Source of the DNA: Monocercomonoides exilis PA203
Taxonomy: Eukaryota > Protista > Preaxostyla
Direction: 5' to 3'
Length of the DNA: 64,000 nt
Assembly (NCBI GenBank): GCA_001643675.2
Contig: LSRY02000047.1
Coordinates: 558,001-622,000 of the forward strand
A program made the position numbers and the translations under genes. The notes beneath the pieces were generated by a model. That model saw only the letters and a program-made list of their open reading frames with translations, was not told the DNA's origin and did not search any database. The stretch's first letter is position 1. Each line of letters starts with the position of its first letter. Shown here one piece after another: positions 12,224 to 25,401 of this stretch.

Positions 12224-12501
12224 TATTGGGGAAAAATACGGACTTTCAAGCATTTTTTGCGCAGGGTGTGGAAAATTTGTTTCACTCATAACTTTTTTAA
12301 ACTTGCTCAGATTTCAAAATAAATAAGATTTTCTTGTCCATTAACGGGAAACGTTGATATCAAAACATTACGTTTAGTAAATTTTATCGAATATCTAAAA
12401 ATGAACCATTTTTTTAACATATTTTCTGATAACAAAAAACTTATCAGAAGTGCATGATTTTTTTAATGAAAATTCCTGTATTCAAATATTTTGTCACAAT
12501 T
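12224..12501. mobile_element. MITE of about 276 bp, family B, copy 1
   Basis: TTGGGGAAAAATACGGACTTTCAAGC ... CTCAGATTTCAAAATAAAT ... AAATATTTTGTCACAA, homologous to the copies at 15313, 19932 and 62626. Confidence 0.75.
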
Positions 12502-13099
12502 AATAAAAAAAATTTTTTTCCTTAATAATTGATAATTATTCATTGAATCAAATTTGTTATCTGACATCGTGCCAAATGATTATTCTTGTTAAAATAGACA
12601 ATAATTTATAAAAAAGAATTAATTTTCTATTGCAAAAGACAATAAACATTTTGAAAATCACAAAAAAATGTCGATTGTAGAGAAGATTTTAGTTCACAAT
12701 AATTCAATCAAGTCTTATTCCTTTCAAAAATGAATATGAATAAAAATACAATTCGGAAAATAATTCAAAAAATGGAAGGATTTTGTGCTTTATTCACGTT
12801 TTATGTTATGACATATCTCAAAGAGTAAAAAAGAATTGAAATGAATTAATTATTAATTAAGGTTTATTGATTGAAAATTGTGCTTAAATTTTTGTCACGA
12901 AATTTTTTAATTATTGGAAAGTGTTTTATTTATTTCGAAGCATAATTTTTAATAATTGTTGGTTTTCATTAAAATAAATAAAATAAATTTGAAAAAAAAA
13001 ATAGAGGAACTAACTGACGTGAGCTCACATTTTTAAATGTGACGCAGATGTTTAAACAACTCATCACAACACAAAGAAAAGTTGGATATTTTTAATTAA

Positions 13100-14674
13100 T
13101 TTATTTTTTTTCTTTTTTTCTTTCTTTCAATCATGTTGATTTCTTCCGTTTCTTTTTCAAAATCATTTTCAATTATTACAAATTCTCTCTCTTTTGTTTT
13201 TCATTTTATCCTCGGACAAATTTTCATCATTATCATTAAGATGTTTTTTTTTTCATCATTTCATTTTTTTGTTTTTCAATTTTTTCTTCTTCTTCAATAT
13301 TCAAACGTTCTCACAAATTGCTCAGAAGCAACTCATCAATCAGTTTTCCTTAGAAGTCGAATCTGTTTGAATGAGTTGAAGGTCGATATTCCGATGTTTC
13401 TGGCAGCTTCATGAGAATCAATCCAGATTCATTATGAAGAACTCCACTTGTTGCAAAGGCTTTTTTAAAACACAGCAAGTGAGAGGGCAGTATGAATTAC
13501 TTGAGGGAGAACATCCGCAAGAGCTGTTCTTTTTGATGAAGATGTTGACGAAGATGGAGGATCATATTTTGTTTGCAGTTCTGTTTTGAGAGCAGCGAAG
13601 AATCCTCATTCAAACGGCTGAGAGATATGTGTGCCGTGAGGAATCAAGGTGACGACGTAGATTTTTTCTTTTTGAAATTCTCTCCAGATTGTAGGATCTG
13701 CGCGAGAAGTGTGTGAATCGATGAGAAGCAAGCAGTGAGAGTTTTCCAGTGACATGCGCTTTCTGCGATCGATTATTCCTTGAAGGAGTGTTGTATGTGC
13801 GCACTTTTTGAATTGATTGCCGCCCATCCAATCACTTCCGTTCGGCCAGATATCCAGAGTCTGTGACAGTAGCGGCTTCATTTCATCAGGAAGACTTTTG
13901 CTTGGCCATAGAATCACAGAAGGAAGTGCAAATCCATCAGCAACCACAGTAGCAACCAGAGTAGAATTCGCCATTTTTGTGGTTCTTTGCGAAATCCTGG
14001 ATTTTCATTTTTAGGATGAACCACGCTCAGCTTTGAATTAGTAGGAACTCTCAATGATGACTCATTTATTTTGAATATTAGTTCTTTGCAGTATTCATTT
14101 TTTTCTTGTAAGCCGTCCAGTAATGAATACCAGGGCTGTTGAACACTTTGGCACGACACCGTAAGGTGATTTACATCAACATTTTTCGGTGAACTTCTCT
14201 TCGGCTCGGGATGGCGCTTCACAAATAAGCAAGCTGTTCCCATTGAAACTTTAATGTATGGGGCGTCCTCGTCATCTGTATCATTAATCACATTTTCCAT
14301 CAAATATATTAATTAGGATTATTAATTATTTAAGAACAACAAACCAGTTCGCGAACTTTCCGAATAGTCAAACAGCTTCCAGATCTTGATTCAATGATAA
14401 TTTCATCCTGAACAATTAGTTCTTTGTCTCCTATCACATATTGCGGTCTTCCAACTTTTGAAACCAGCCTTTTGCTTCTCAGTGCTCGAACAGCGTTTTT
14501 GATCCTTTTGCGTGAGAATTCCATGGAATTAACAAAGTCTTCAAACCTTTTAACTCCATCCACTTCAATGAGCACTATTCGCCCCAGCAGATTGTTCATC
14601 CTTGTAGAATTCTCAATATGATATCTTCCATCGTGATAATCGCTAATCTGCGATTCTTTGTTGTTCCACATCAT
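13100..14674 (-). pseudogene. pogo/Tigger-type (CENP-B/DDE_1) transposase pseudogene
   Basis: An N-terminal HTH-like region (RIKNAVRALR...KVGRP) is followed by a DDE_1 core: TLVATVVADG, NGSDWM, CLLLIDSHTSR, LIPHGTHISQP and GFFAALK. It is frameshifted and has a probable decayed intron at 14344-14301. The left boundary is approximate. Confidence 0.85.
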
Positions 14675-14727
14675 TTTTCATGTTTTTTTTGATGTTTGCG
14701 AGTGAAAATGCTTATTATTTTCGCTTC

Positions 14728-14975
14728 ATATGGGTGATTCTTTTAGAAAAGTCACAAATGTTTAATTTTCAAATATATCAAAAATTTCATATTTTGCTCA
14801 AATTTCTGTTAACTAATATCAAACTTCACTTCAATCAAATCTATTCATTGATAATGCTATTTCACATATTCATGAGAAGATTTGTGAGCTGAAACAGAAA
14901 TTTGAGCAAAATATTTAATTTTTGATATATTTGAAAATTAAACATTTGTGACTTTTCAAAAAGAATCACACATAT
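14728..14975. mobile_element. 248-bp MITE, diverged family A subfamily
   Basis: ATATGGGTGATTCTTTTAGAAAAGTCACAAATGTTTAATTTTC ... GAAAATTAAACATTTGTGACTTTTCAAAAAGAATCACACATAT. Same length and architecture as family A. Confidence 0.8.
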
Positions 14976-15238
14976 TTGTGAAGATTTTTCAAATCATAAC
15001 TTTTTTCTAATGTGTATTTTTTCGAATGATTCATTGATTTTTGAGAGGAATTATTCGTTTGAAAGGAAAAACTTTCGAAAATTGTTAAAAATAACGATGT
15101 CAAAGATTATTTTTTATAGAAAAGTTTTCACAATAAAAAAGTTTTAACTTCTCGGCGCTCATTTATCAATTTTCAAAGGGAATTCGAAACCGATAATTAT
15201 GATAGGAAAATTTTGATTTCGAAAATAATTTCCCATAT
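14974..15238. mobile_element. Possible further degenerate MITE abutting the family A copy
   Basis: The left end ATTTGTGAAGATTTTTCAAATCATAAC loosely complements the right end GATTTCGAAAATAATTTCCCATAT. Confidence 0.35.
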
Positions 15239-15312
15239 ACACTGTATATTTTAGAAAAGTTTTGTTTCGTAATATTTCTGGTAAATTGAAGTTTTGAAAT
15301 GAGTTTTTAATG

Positions 15313-15588
15313 AATTGGGGAAAAATATGGACTTTCAAGCTTTTTATGCACAAAGCATGAAAAAATTGCTTCACTCATAACTTTTGATCGCTTTCTCAGA
15401 TTTCAAAATAAATTTGATTTTCATATCTTTAAGCAGGCGTCATTGTTATCAAAACATAAAGAAAAGTGACATTTCACGAATGTCAATTAATGCATACATT
15501 TTTATTACGTTTTTTGATCTCAAAAAGTCAATGAATAGTGCATATTTTTTCAATGAAAATGCATGAAGTGAAATATTTTTCCCCAATT
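15313..15588. mobile_element. MITE of about 276 bp, family B, copy 2
   Basis: Perfect 16-bp terminal inverted repeat AATTGGGGAAAAATAT / ATATTTTTCCCCAATT, with internal homology to the other family B copies. Confidence 0.85.
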
Positions 15589-15669
15589 AAATAATAAAAT
15601 TTTCACCAAATATGTGGAATGAGATTTTTTCAATTCATTTCAAGTGAGATCAAACAAAATGAGATAATG

Positions 15670-16425
15670 AAGTTTTCAAGCTGTTTCACATATTACACAA
15701 CTGAAAAAATAAGTTCGATAATGGTTGTTTGGAAACAAACTAAAAAGAAAAATCCCATAAGCCGCAGACAAAGAATTCCAATTAATTCTATTAGAGAGAA
15801 TACAAGGAAGAAATATTGAAAATGAAAAATATTCAGTGAATAACTTTGGTTGTTTCATGGAAGTTGGTTTTACAAAATGCATAACAAAATTGGAAAAGTG
15901 CTGATGATTATTCTCTTTTTTTGTATTGGGATGACAATGAAACATGGAAGTCTTCTGCAAAATATTCACAGGCACTCAGTTGGTTTTTGGAACAGTACAT
16001 GCAGATATGCTTGCACACAATACCTAATAAACAAGCCTTACCAACTTGGAGGTGAAGGCAAGACAGTAGAAATTGATGAATGTTTCTTATCTTATTGAAA
16101 ATATTGAAGAGGAAGGAAAAAAAAGCAACAATGGATCTTTGGTGCAATCGAAAGAAGAGAGGTTCAGCGAGTTGGAAAAAAATGTTATGGATCGTCAAAG
16201 ATCGTTCAAGGAACTCTTTGTTACCAATTATAAAACAGCACATATTGCCTGGAACAACTGAAATGAGTGCTTTTTGGAAAGCATATGCAACATTTGCAAA
16301 AGAAGGATATTTACATTAAATTGTTATACACGATCGGCATAATGTGGATCCTGCAACAGGAGCATTCAGAAATACGATTGAAGGAGTGTTGTGTCTTTTC
16401 AGAGAGTTTTTATTCCTCACCATAA
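15670..16425 (+). pseudogene. Merlin/IS1595 transposase pseudogene
   Basis: QLGGEGKTVEIDEC, RGRKKKQQWIFGAIER, LLPIIKQHILPGTT, WKAY and VDPATGAFRNTIEG, with stops and frameshifts. Boundaries are approximate. Confidence 0.88.
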
Positions 16426-16499
16426 TAATTTAGAAAAATCAATGTTTATGATATTTTTGTCAAAAAACGAAATTGTTTTTCACCTTTTTTTTAAATAAT

Positions 16500-17120
16500 G
16501 AAAGTGCTGATTGTAAAGTTTGTTGGTGGAATAGATACAATTCCATCGTTGCATTTATGAGCTAAAGCGAATTGGTTATGAAAGATAGAAATATAGCTCC
16601 ACTTTTTTGCACGACTGTTCTTCTCACATGATTGGCAATAAATCTAGTTCGGATGCTTCAGTAACTCTTTGCCAAACAATTTTGACATGCCATTAAGAAC
16701 GGATCTGTCATGCCCAATTGTGTAATTTGACAAATATTACTTATTCGATGAGATGGAATGGCATGTTGAACATTCCAAACAGTTAATCAAAATTTGTTTT
16801 TCGCAATTTAGGTTTATAATTTTGTTGATTTTGAAGAGATGTGTAATTTTTATAAATGCTTCGACTGCATTTTGTTGCTGTCTGCTTCCTTTACTAAAAT
16901 AATCGTCCCACATATCAATGAATTGATTTGTCCATAGGTCAAAAACAAGAAAGTTTGAAAATAAATTGTAACAAATTTTGTAAAGTGTTGAAGCCAGACA
17001 ATTATTGACTTTGTCTGAGTCAGTAAATGTGAATGTAGAAATTGATGTAAAACAAGTCGAAAAGCATTGCAAATTTTAAACTAAGTTACAAGTATTACCA
17101 AGGTTTCTCAAACCTTTCCT
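16500..17120 (-). pseudogene. Ubiquitin-specific protease (peptidase C19) pseudogene fragment
   Basis: 17120-17061 translates KGLRNLGNTCNLV*NLQCF (the USP Cys box), in frame with QQQNAVEAF (the QQD box) and with CLEC and CQSC zinc-finger pairs. In-frame stops are present and no His box was seen. Confidence 0.75.
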
Positions 17121-19931
17121 TTTTCGATGATTGAAATTGCGCTCCTTTCGGTTTGTATAATCAGACTCATCCAACAGAGATGGCGAAAGAGGATCATTCA
17201 ATATTACGCTAGGAGAATTTGATTCGTCAATGGTGTAGAATGAATGAACACTTTGTGTTGATAAACTTGAATATTTTTCTAATTCAAAAAAATAAATTAA
17301 TTAACAAATAAATAAATAAAACGGATTAACAATAAGTTGAGGAGAAAATAATTATAAAATTTTTTAACAATTCAAATAAATAATTAAATTTTCTAATTTG
17401 TTTGTATCTTTTTTGTGTTTTCATCTTTGCACAAAATAAATTCATCCCACCCTTCTTCATCAATCATGGATCTATCACCATTTCTTTCTTGAGGCTTTTC
17501 CTGTTCTTGACAGATGATGAAAATTCTGATGAATGAAGAAGCATCCAATCATTTTCAAATTGCAACTCGATTTTTGGCAGTCATTGTTTCGTTTGCAAAA
17601 AACATATAAATGCAAATTATGTGATTATTTATGTAATCATATTTGTTTGAACAAAAATTTCTGTTTCACAATAATTTCTATAAATTTTGTCAATGAATAC
17701 AGAAAAGTGATGACTCCAACCATTAGCATCTATGCCTTTTTTATATCAACTATTAGCTTTTAAAACGATTGAAAACAATTAAACGTTTGAAAGAGAATTA
17801 TTGAACAAATATCAATGAATTTTCTTAATATTCTGCACCCCGAAAAAAGTTATGACTTCATAAATAATCACCCAATTAGTATCAAAAAAATTGACAATCC
17901 ACTTTTGAATTCTGGTTGTTGCGGATATTGATGAAAAAATAACTCATCTCCATTATTTTTCAAGATTTGCTTTACGCAATTCAGTTTTCCAATTGTCTCA
18001 TTAAAACCTTAATTTTCCATTTGTTAAAACACCTAAAAAGAGTTCAATACATAATTAACTATTTGTTTAAAGTTTGTTAAATAAAAATGAAAATTTCAAA
18101 ACTATTTCAAAAATTAGTTAATAATATAATATTTTTGTAAAAAAATTTGTTCAAAATTCATCAAATCATTATCTTCAATTCATTATTTAGCAACATGTTT
18201 TAATTAAAAACTAAAACAATCAATTAAAAAATTCTTCACCTATTGAAAGGATTTGACTAAAAATAATTGACAATAATTAAAATCATTAAGTGAAAAATAG
18301 TATTAATTTTAATTTGCATCATGACAAATTTAAAAATTATTTCTTATAATGGATAAATATTTTGAAATCAACTTGATTTAATGAAGAAATATTTATCAAC
18401 CGAAATTTTCTAATATTTTTCTAAAATAATATGAAATTTTTGATAAGAATATATATCTAGATTTTATACACAGCCTGTTGGAAATAATTTATTTTTGTTA
18501 TTTTCTTCCATCGATTAACAAGTTTTTTTAAAAACAATTATTGATTTCTTTATTCATTATTTAATTAATTATGTTTTTCTAAATAAATAATTTAAACACT
18601 TCGAAAATTTAATAATTGGGATTCATTGTTAAAATTTTTTGATAAAAATTAAAAGTTATAATTGTTTATGTTAATATAAGAAACAAAAATATGTTTCTAA
18701 AATTTAATAGTATTTTGAAAAAATGTTGTATTGCATGATTATTTATGCATTATTAAAAACACAGTATTAATCATCTTTCTTTTTTTCATTAATAAATTGT
18801 TTAACTTGAATGATTCAAAAAAAAAAAAGATAATTTTATCGAAATTTTGATTGAAAGTTTTTAATAATTTTTAATTAAAAAATATGGAGAAATGGGAGAA
18901 TAAGAGTTAAATGAAAAAGAAGATGAGAATGATGAAGGTGATGAAGCAGAAGAAATAATACAAGATGATATAAACGAGTTTTCATATATTATTTAAAACT
19001 TTTTGCAACAAAACCGATCATTTCATGTTAATCATTTTCTGAATCATTTTTATTCATGCAGAAACCATTTAAATATTCTTCATTTGATACAGTTTCGCTT
19101 TCGTCACTTTTGCTCTCGTTTTTGGATGACTCTATGTTTTCATATTCTGAACGATTGAAATTTGACACCATAATGATATTGTTGTGAATATCTTCTTTTG
19201 TTGCATTTGATTGATACACTTCATCTTTCATGATGCTATTTCTTTTCAATTTTATCATAGGAACACAATTGTCCTGTATTTTTTGCAGTTCATTTGACAC
19301 ATAGTTCAATGCTTCAAAAAAACAGTCATTTGTTAAAGAATAACAGTCTTGTTAAGGTGATCGTTCAGTTTGAGTTGGAGATGAAGGATCTGAAACATCT
19401 TTTTTATGATGTTCTGCTGAATTTGTATTTAATTGTTCTTTGAACGGTCACTTTGGAACAGTGTTTGAATTTGCATAGGAAATATTTTCTTCTTCATCTT
19501 TGTGACTGAAACTCGTTTTAATTGACGATGAAGATGATGGAAATTAAGATGATGTTTTGAAAGTTAAAAATTGATAGGTGAACAGGCAAATAATGAATTC
19601 TCTGAAAATGAAGATGATTGTTGAGATTCTTTTAATTGATTTGGCTATGTATTTGTTGATGAGATCAAAATTGCTTTTTCCACTTTTTTAATAATATTGG
19701 ATTGTTATTTTTGTTCCATTTGTAAAAAATTAAGTTATATAAATTGTTTGAGAAAATGAAATTCTGAGAAAAAAAATTGTAATTTGAATCAGAAAGAAGA
19801 TACTGGTCGGTGAAAACAAAACGCAAGCTGTTTTAATATTTGTCTGAAGATTTGATGAAATAAATAATCCATTGACCATTGAAACACAAGAAACGATTTG
19901 AACAAAAAAAAACTACATCAATGATTATTCA

Positions 19932-20206
19932 CATGGTGGAAAATTAGAACTTTCAAGCTGTTTTTGCACAATGCACAAAAAAATTGCTTCGTTCATAACA
20001 TTATATAACTTAATCAAATTTTGAAATAGATTTCATTTTCATATCCGTAAACATGCATTATTGAAATTAAAGCATGAAGTATTCCAACATTTCACAAATG
20101 CAAAAAAAATGGACCCACAATTGTTGTGTTTATTGATATTAAAAAGTTAATCGATAATGCATAATTTTTCATTGAAAATGCCTGAAGTGAAATATTTTGT
20201 CCCATT
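19932..20206. mobile_element. MITE of about 276 bp, family B, copy 3
   Basis: ACTTTCAAGCTGTTTTTGCACAA ... GAAAATGCCTGAAGTGAAATATTTTGTCCCAT, homologous to 15313-15588. Confidence 0.75.
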
Positions 20207-20308
20207 TCAATTAATAATTTAAAAAAATGAATAGATCACAATGTTATTTATTCAAAAGTTGTGGTTTTTTTTTTTTTTTTTTTTTTTTTTAAGAACAAAT
20301 ATTAATAA

Positions 20309-20498
20309 ATATTGGGGCGAAATTTTTTCATTTATGAAAAAAGACAACGATTAGTTCTAAAACTTTTTCTCATGTCGAATAATTGTAATTCTGACATTCC
20401 CATGTCAAAAAAATATAGAAAAATTCCAGAATTGAGATAAACATTTGTTAGAGAAAAATGGAACAAAATTCAGAAACCAAAAAGTTTCGTCCCATATT
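20309..20498. mobile_element. Small MITE-like element (about 190 bp) with family-B-like ends
   Basis: Imperfect terminal inverted repeat ATATTGGGGCGAAATTTTT ... AAAAAGTTTCGTCCCATATT. Confidence 0.45.
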
Positions 20499-20996
20499 TT
20501 GAAAAAAAATTAGAAAAATTCTTTGGTTAATCAACATTTCTTTGAAAGAAGAAAATGAAAGGGAAAATCAATAGTAAATGGCTTTCAACTAAATATTGAG
20601 AATTTTAATAGAAAAAACACGACTGAATTGAAAAAATTAAAAAAAAAGACCTTATTGTTTATTTTTTTGACTTTTCATAAAGAATTGTCAGATTGAATAT
20701 TTAAAGATCAAGAAACAGGAAATAAATAATATAGGTTATAAAGCACACTCATTTTAACAAAAGATCTTTATTTAAAGCCAGATAAAAGCTTGGATCAGAA
20801 GATCAACTGAAATGAAAGAACAAATATTTGAACATTTTTATCCCTAAATAAAGATAAGTGAAATAAAAAAATAATCGAATAATTGTTAAACAGATTAAGC
20901 AAGAAAATTATCATTCAACAAACAAATTCATAAAACAACAAGAACAGTTAATGCACCTTGATAAATGTATTAACATATAAATGAAATGAAACACTT

Positions 20997-21676
20997 TTAT
21001 TCATCCAGACTCTGAGTCAGAGGCGAAGGCAATGCATAAGAGTGTTTTAATGATGACCTGAAAGAAGCAGATGTGAAAGAGGAAGGAGAAGTGACCAAAG
21101 CCAAAGATTGTGATTTCCTATGTGACGCACTCGTATTTCGCTTTTCTCCTTCTCTTCCCGAAAGAAATGGGAATTGGGTTGAAGAAGCAGAAGAGGCAGA
21201 TGTGGCTGAAGATGAGTGAGAAGACGAAAAAGGTGAAAGAGATGAAGATGATGATGAGGAAGAAGAAGAAGATGATGATAATGATTGGTTAAATGAAGTG
21301 TTTCGTGGAGAAGGAATAGCTCTTGAAGTGTTTTGAGGAGATGTTGGTGGAGTGAAAAGAAAAGTTGAAGGCAAATTATGTCTGGCTGTTGATTGAGCAG
21401 AAGAAATATTGGAAGATGAGGAGAAAGAGGAGGAAGAAGAAAAAGAGGAGGAAGAAGAGGAAGAGGAAGCAGAAGTGGAAGACGATTGCTGGTTTGTGTC
21501 ACGAGAGAAATAAAGTGACGAAGAAGAAGATGAAACAGAAGAACGCCTGCTGCTCATTGGAGAAGAAGGAGGAGAGGCAAACACATTCGAAAAGATGGGT
21601 GAAACAGAAGAAGCAGAAACAGAATAAGTCAACGGCGAAGGAGAAGTAAACAATGAAGACGATGAGGAGAAGGAAG

Positions 21677-21707
<31 letters not shown>

Positions 21708-24700
21708 GGAAGAAGATGATGATGAAGCAAAAGAAGGAGATAACGGAGTCTTTTGCAAAGAAAGAGAAGGAGAGCGAAGAGAAGAAGAAGAAGAAGAAAC
21801 GTTGACAGAAGGAAGAGAAGAAAGCGGGAGAGAAGGAACAGATATTTTTCGTGTGGTGTTTTGCAGGTTGGATGAAAGTGTTGGCTCTTCAAATGTGTCA
21901 GAAGAAGAAAAAGATGATGATGAAGATGACGATGAAGGAGAAAGAGGAGGAGAGAACTGAAATGACGAGGAAGAAGGGAAAGAAAATGAAAGTGAACGTG
22001 AAGATGCGACATAACTGCCTCTTCGAGAAGCAGTCGCAGATGTGTTCTGAATGTTATTGTTTGAAGAAGGTGAAGAAGAAGCAGAAGATGGAGACAAAAA
22101 AGGAGAAGGAAGAGCAACAAAGCCAGAAGAAGCAGACAAAATTGGGGTAGCAGAAAGAGGAATAGTTTGTGAATAAGGAGAATTCGAAGATGAAGACGAA
22201 GACGAAGACGAAGAAGAATTTGATGATGATGATGATGAATGGGAAGGAAGATTAAACACAGTGAAGTCAGTTGATGTCTTTGAGTGTTGATGAGAAGAAG
22301 ATGTTTTGTCAGCGAAAGTGGAAGCTCGAGGTGAATTATGCTTTTGCTTTTGGTTTAAAGAAGAATTGAAATTGGAAGAAGATGATGAAGAGGAGGAGGA
22401 AGAAGAAGAAAAAGATGGAGAAGAAGAGGAAATGGAAGAAGCATTAGAAAGAGCAGTCAATGCAGTGAGTGGTTGAAGTGCTCGCTCATTGAATGAAGAA
22501 GACTGTTTATGTGTGGAAGATGAAGAAGAAGGCGCAAAATTAGAATACGCTTCATTTACTTCTAACGAAGAAGAAGAAGATGATGATGATGATGACACAT
22601 AATTAAAAGCATAATCTTGGTTTTGCTCAGGAGAAGCAGAAGAAGAATAAGCAAGGGGAGGAAGAGAAGCAGAAGAAGGGAATCTGTTGTGATGATTTGC
22701 CAGTGAATGATTATTGTTTGCAAAAGAAGAAGAAGAAGAAGAAGAAGAAGAAGAAGAAGAAGATGATGATGATGATGATGAAATATTCTGATGCGTTGAA
22801 GGTGAAATGTGAGATGAAGAGGAGGAGGATGAAGAAAAAGAACTAAGTTGATTATCAGAAGAAGAAGAAGAGGAGGAGGATGAGGAAGAAGAAGGTGAAG
22901 ATGAAGTTGATAAGAGAGGAGCAATAGAAATTGTGCGTTTGTGTGAATGATTTGAAGCATAAGTGTTGCATAAAGAAGATGTTGTGTCTTGATGAGAAGA
23001 GGAAAGAAGCAGAGAAGAATGAGGAAGAGAAGAAGACAAAACGTAATTTGGTTGATAGATTGGATTATTAAATGCTGAAGAAGGAGAAGTCGAAGATGAA
23101 GGCAAAAATGAAACGCGAGGCGAGAAAGAAGAAGAAGAAGAAGGAAACATATTGGATGAAGTTGGAGAAGAAGGAGCAAACGAAGAAGAAGAGGGAGAAT
23201 AAGAAGAAGAAGCAGGAAAAGCAAATCCTGAAGCGTTTTTCAAACCAGGTGAACCAAAAAACGGCTGCATTGATTTTGAGACTTGATCATTCAGAGAAAG
23301 TCTTCTCAATTCGTCTGCATCACACAACGAGCAGACATCTCCTCCGAAGCAGTTCAATGAAGAGTCCTCTCCATCGATGAATGAGTCTTCCTCATATTCA
23401 TCTGCATATTCATCGGAGTCTCTGTTTTTGCTCCTCTTGCTGTTGTCGCTTCCGCCTTTCTCTTCGTTGCATTCGTTGTAGAAATTGCTGTTGGCTGAAG
23501 AAGAATCTTCACTCAAATATCTTCGCTCTGTTTTCTTCTTGTTGTTCTTTTGATTTTTTTGGTTTGTCTTCCTTTTGCCTCTCTTTTCCTTCAATGAAGC
23601 TCCTTCGCCTTTTGAGCCATTTTCTTTCTTTCTCCTCTCTTTCTCTTCTTCTTCCTCAAAGAAATCATCGAATTCAACTTCATCAGCATCGAAGTTGATG
23701 ATTTCTTCAATACCATCTTCATCTTCCTCTTCCTCTTCTTCCTCACCTTTCCTGTTATATTTCCTATTCTCTCTTCTGCCTTTCCTCCTTCTGCAGTCAT
23801 AGCTCTTAATGTTCCTCTTGTTCCTTTCGTTTTCTCTTCTTTCTCTTCTTCTTCTTCTCGACCGGCTTCTGCTGCTCTGCACAATCTCCTGCATCTCCCT
23901 CTGCCTTCTGCTGAGCATTCTTCCTCTCTCTTGCTCTTTCCCTTCTGACAATCCAGAAACATTTGCATTTGACGTCGATTGCTTGTTCAATGACAGCTTC
24001 AGATGGCTGCTTTGGCGAAGGTGGGAACGAGGCGTTTCTAAAGCATTCAGTGTTATCTCAGAAGAGGAAGAAGAGGAGGAAGATGAGGAGGAGGAAGAGG
24101 AAGAGGAAGAGGATGAAGAAGATGATGAAGCAAAAGATGAGAATGATGATGAAGATGCATTGAAAGGCAATAAACAAGGAGGAACTTTTGTGTTTTGTTC
24201 GGAACTGAAGAGAGGAATATCTTCAATTGAGTCAAGATTATCTATATTGATTGGTATGATATAAGAAATGATGAGTTTTAAAAAAAAAATGAAAATGAAA
24301 AAATCAAAAATGAACCGAAGTTGTGAGTAATGAACAAATAACGATCTTTTCAAAGAAAAGATCAAACAAAAAATTAAAGATTGAAAATAGTACAAAAAAT
24401 AAGTGATAAAACAAAGTCAAATTAAAAAAATGATCATTCAATGCAATTCAAAGCATACCCAATGCCTCCTTTCCAACTGAGTTTGCCAGAAGCCTCATTA
24501 AATAGGTGTAATCAGGATTGGAAGTAAAACCCAGCCCTTTCACATAATTCATCCCAGAACAGAATGAAACAGGCAAATCCTTACAAAGCTCTTCAACAGA
24601 TGTGTTTAGCTTCATATTTCCAATGATTTTGTACTTTTCTTCAGCAGTTCGCGTTTTAACTCCCTGCCAAGGTAGTATGCCCCTTCCAAGATAAACTAAT

Positions 24701-25401
24701 AAATAAAATAATGATTCTAAATCATCTTTTCTGCTCATTTCGATTCCCAGATGTGCACTAATTGGAGCATATCGTGGAGTTCCCGTTAAATCCTTTCCTG
24801 TACGAAATCCAATGTGAACTCCCGTACGTGGATCAACAAATCGTTTTGATAATCCAAAATCAATCATGAATATTGTATTTTCCTCCTTTTCAGTTCCAAG
24901 AAGATAATTTTCAGGCTTAATATCTCGATGAATAAAGTTTCTCCTGTGAAAAAACTGCAATCTTTGAAGCAATTGTATTCCTATTAAGCAAACAGTCCTT
25001 ATTGGTAAGCGTCTTCAAAATGGCAAAACGATGTCAGGAGAAAAATGTTAAAAGCCAAAATGCATATGCATTGAAAAAAAAATATTTCAAAACCTTTGAT
25101 GTCTCTGGAATAAATGCTCTAAATTTTCTTTCAAAAGATCCATGACAAGTGCGTTATACTTTCCTTGTTCACCAAAATAATACAATTTCGGAAATCCAAC
25201 TCCATCTTTCATATGTGACAAAATTCGAGCTTCATATTCGAGCATTCGAATTGAAGATTTCTTTTTCTCCAGTTTCACTGCGACATCAATCCCTGTTTCA
25301 ACATCCTTTGCTTTTACAACCCATCCAAAACTTCCCTTTCCAAGAATGCGATCGTTAGAAAGCTCAAAACGATTCGCTATCGAGCGAAAGGTCTCAGACA
25401 T
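20997..25401 (-). CDS. CK1: Casein kinase 1 with a very long Ser-rich C-terminal tail (3 exons, about 1,368 aa)
   Basis: Exons are 25401-25094, 25012-24459 and 24241-20997; GT..AG introns of 81 and 217 nt keep the frame. Motifs include LGKGSFG, VAVKLE, HRDIKPEN, IDFGLSK, LTGTPRYA, SRKDDLES and LPWQG. Confidence 0.92.

Noticed and set aside
4904-17120. Possible stop-codon reassignment suggested by in-frame TGA/TAA in transposases and the USP fragment
   Set aside because: The stops fall at positions expected to be different residues (Cys, Gly, Ser) and come with frameshifts, and intact genes end in TAA, TAG and TGA.
17400-19900. Coding-like patches, including the 93-aa ORF at 19028-19309 and a CKLC..C.H motif near 17610
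   Set aside because: Too degraded to assign to a family.
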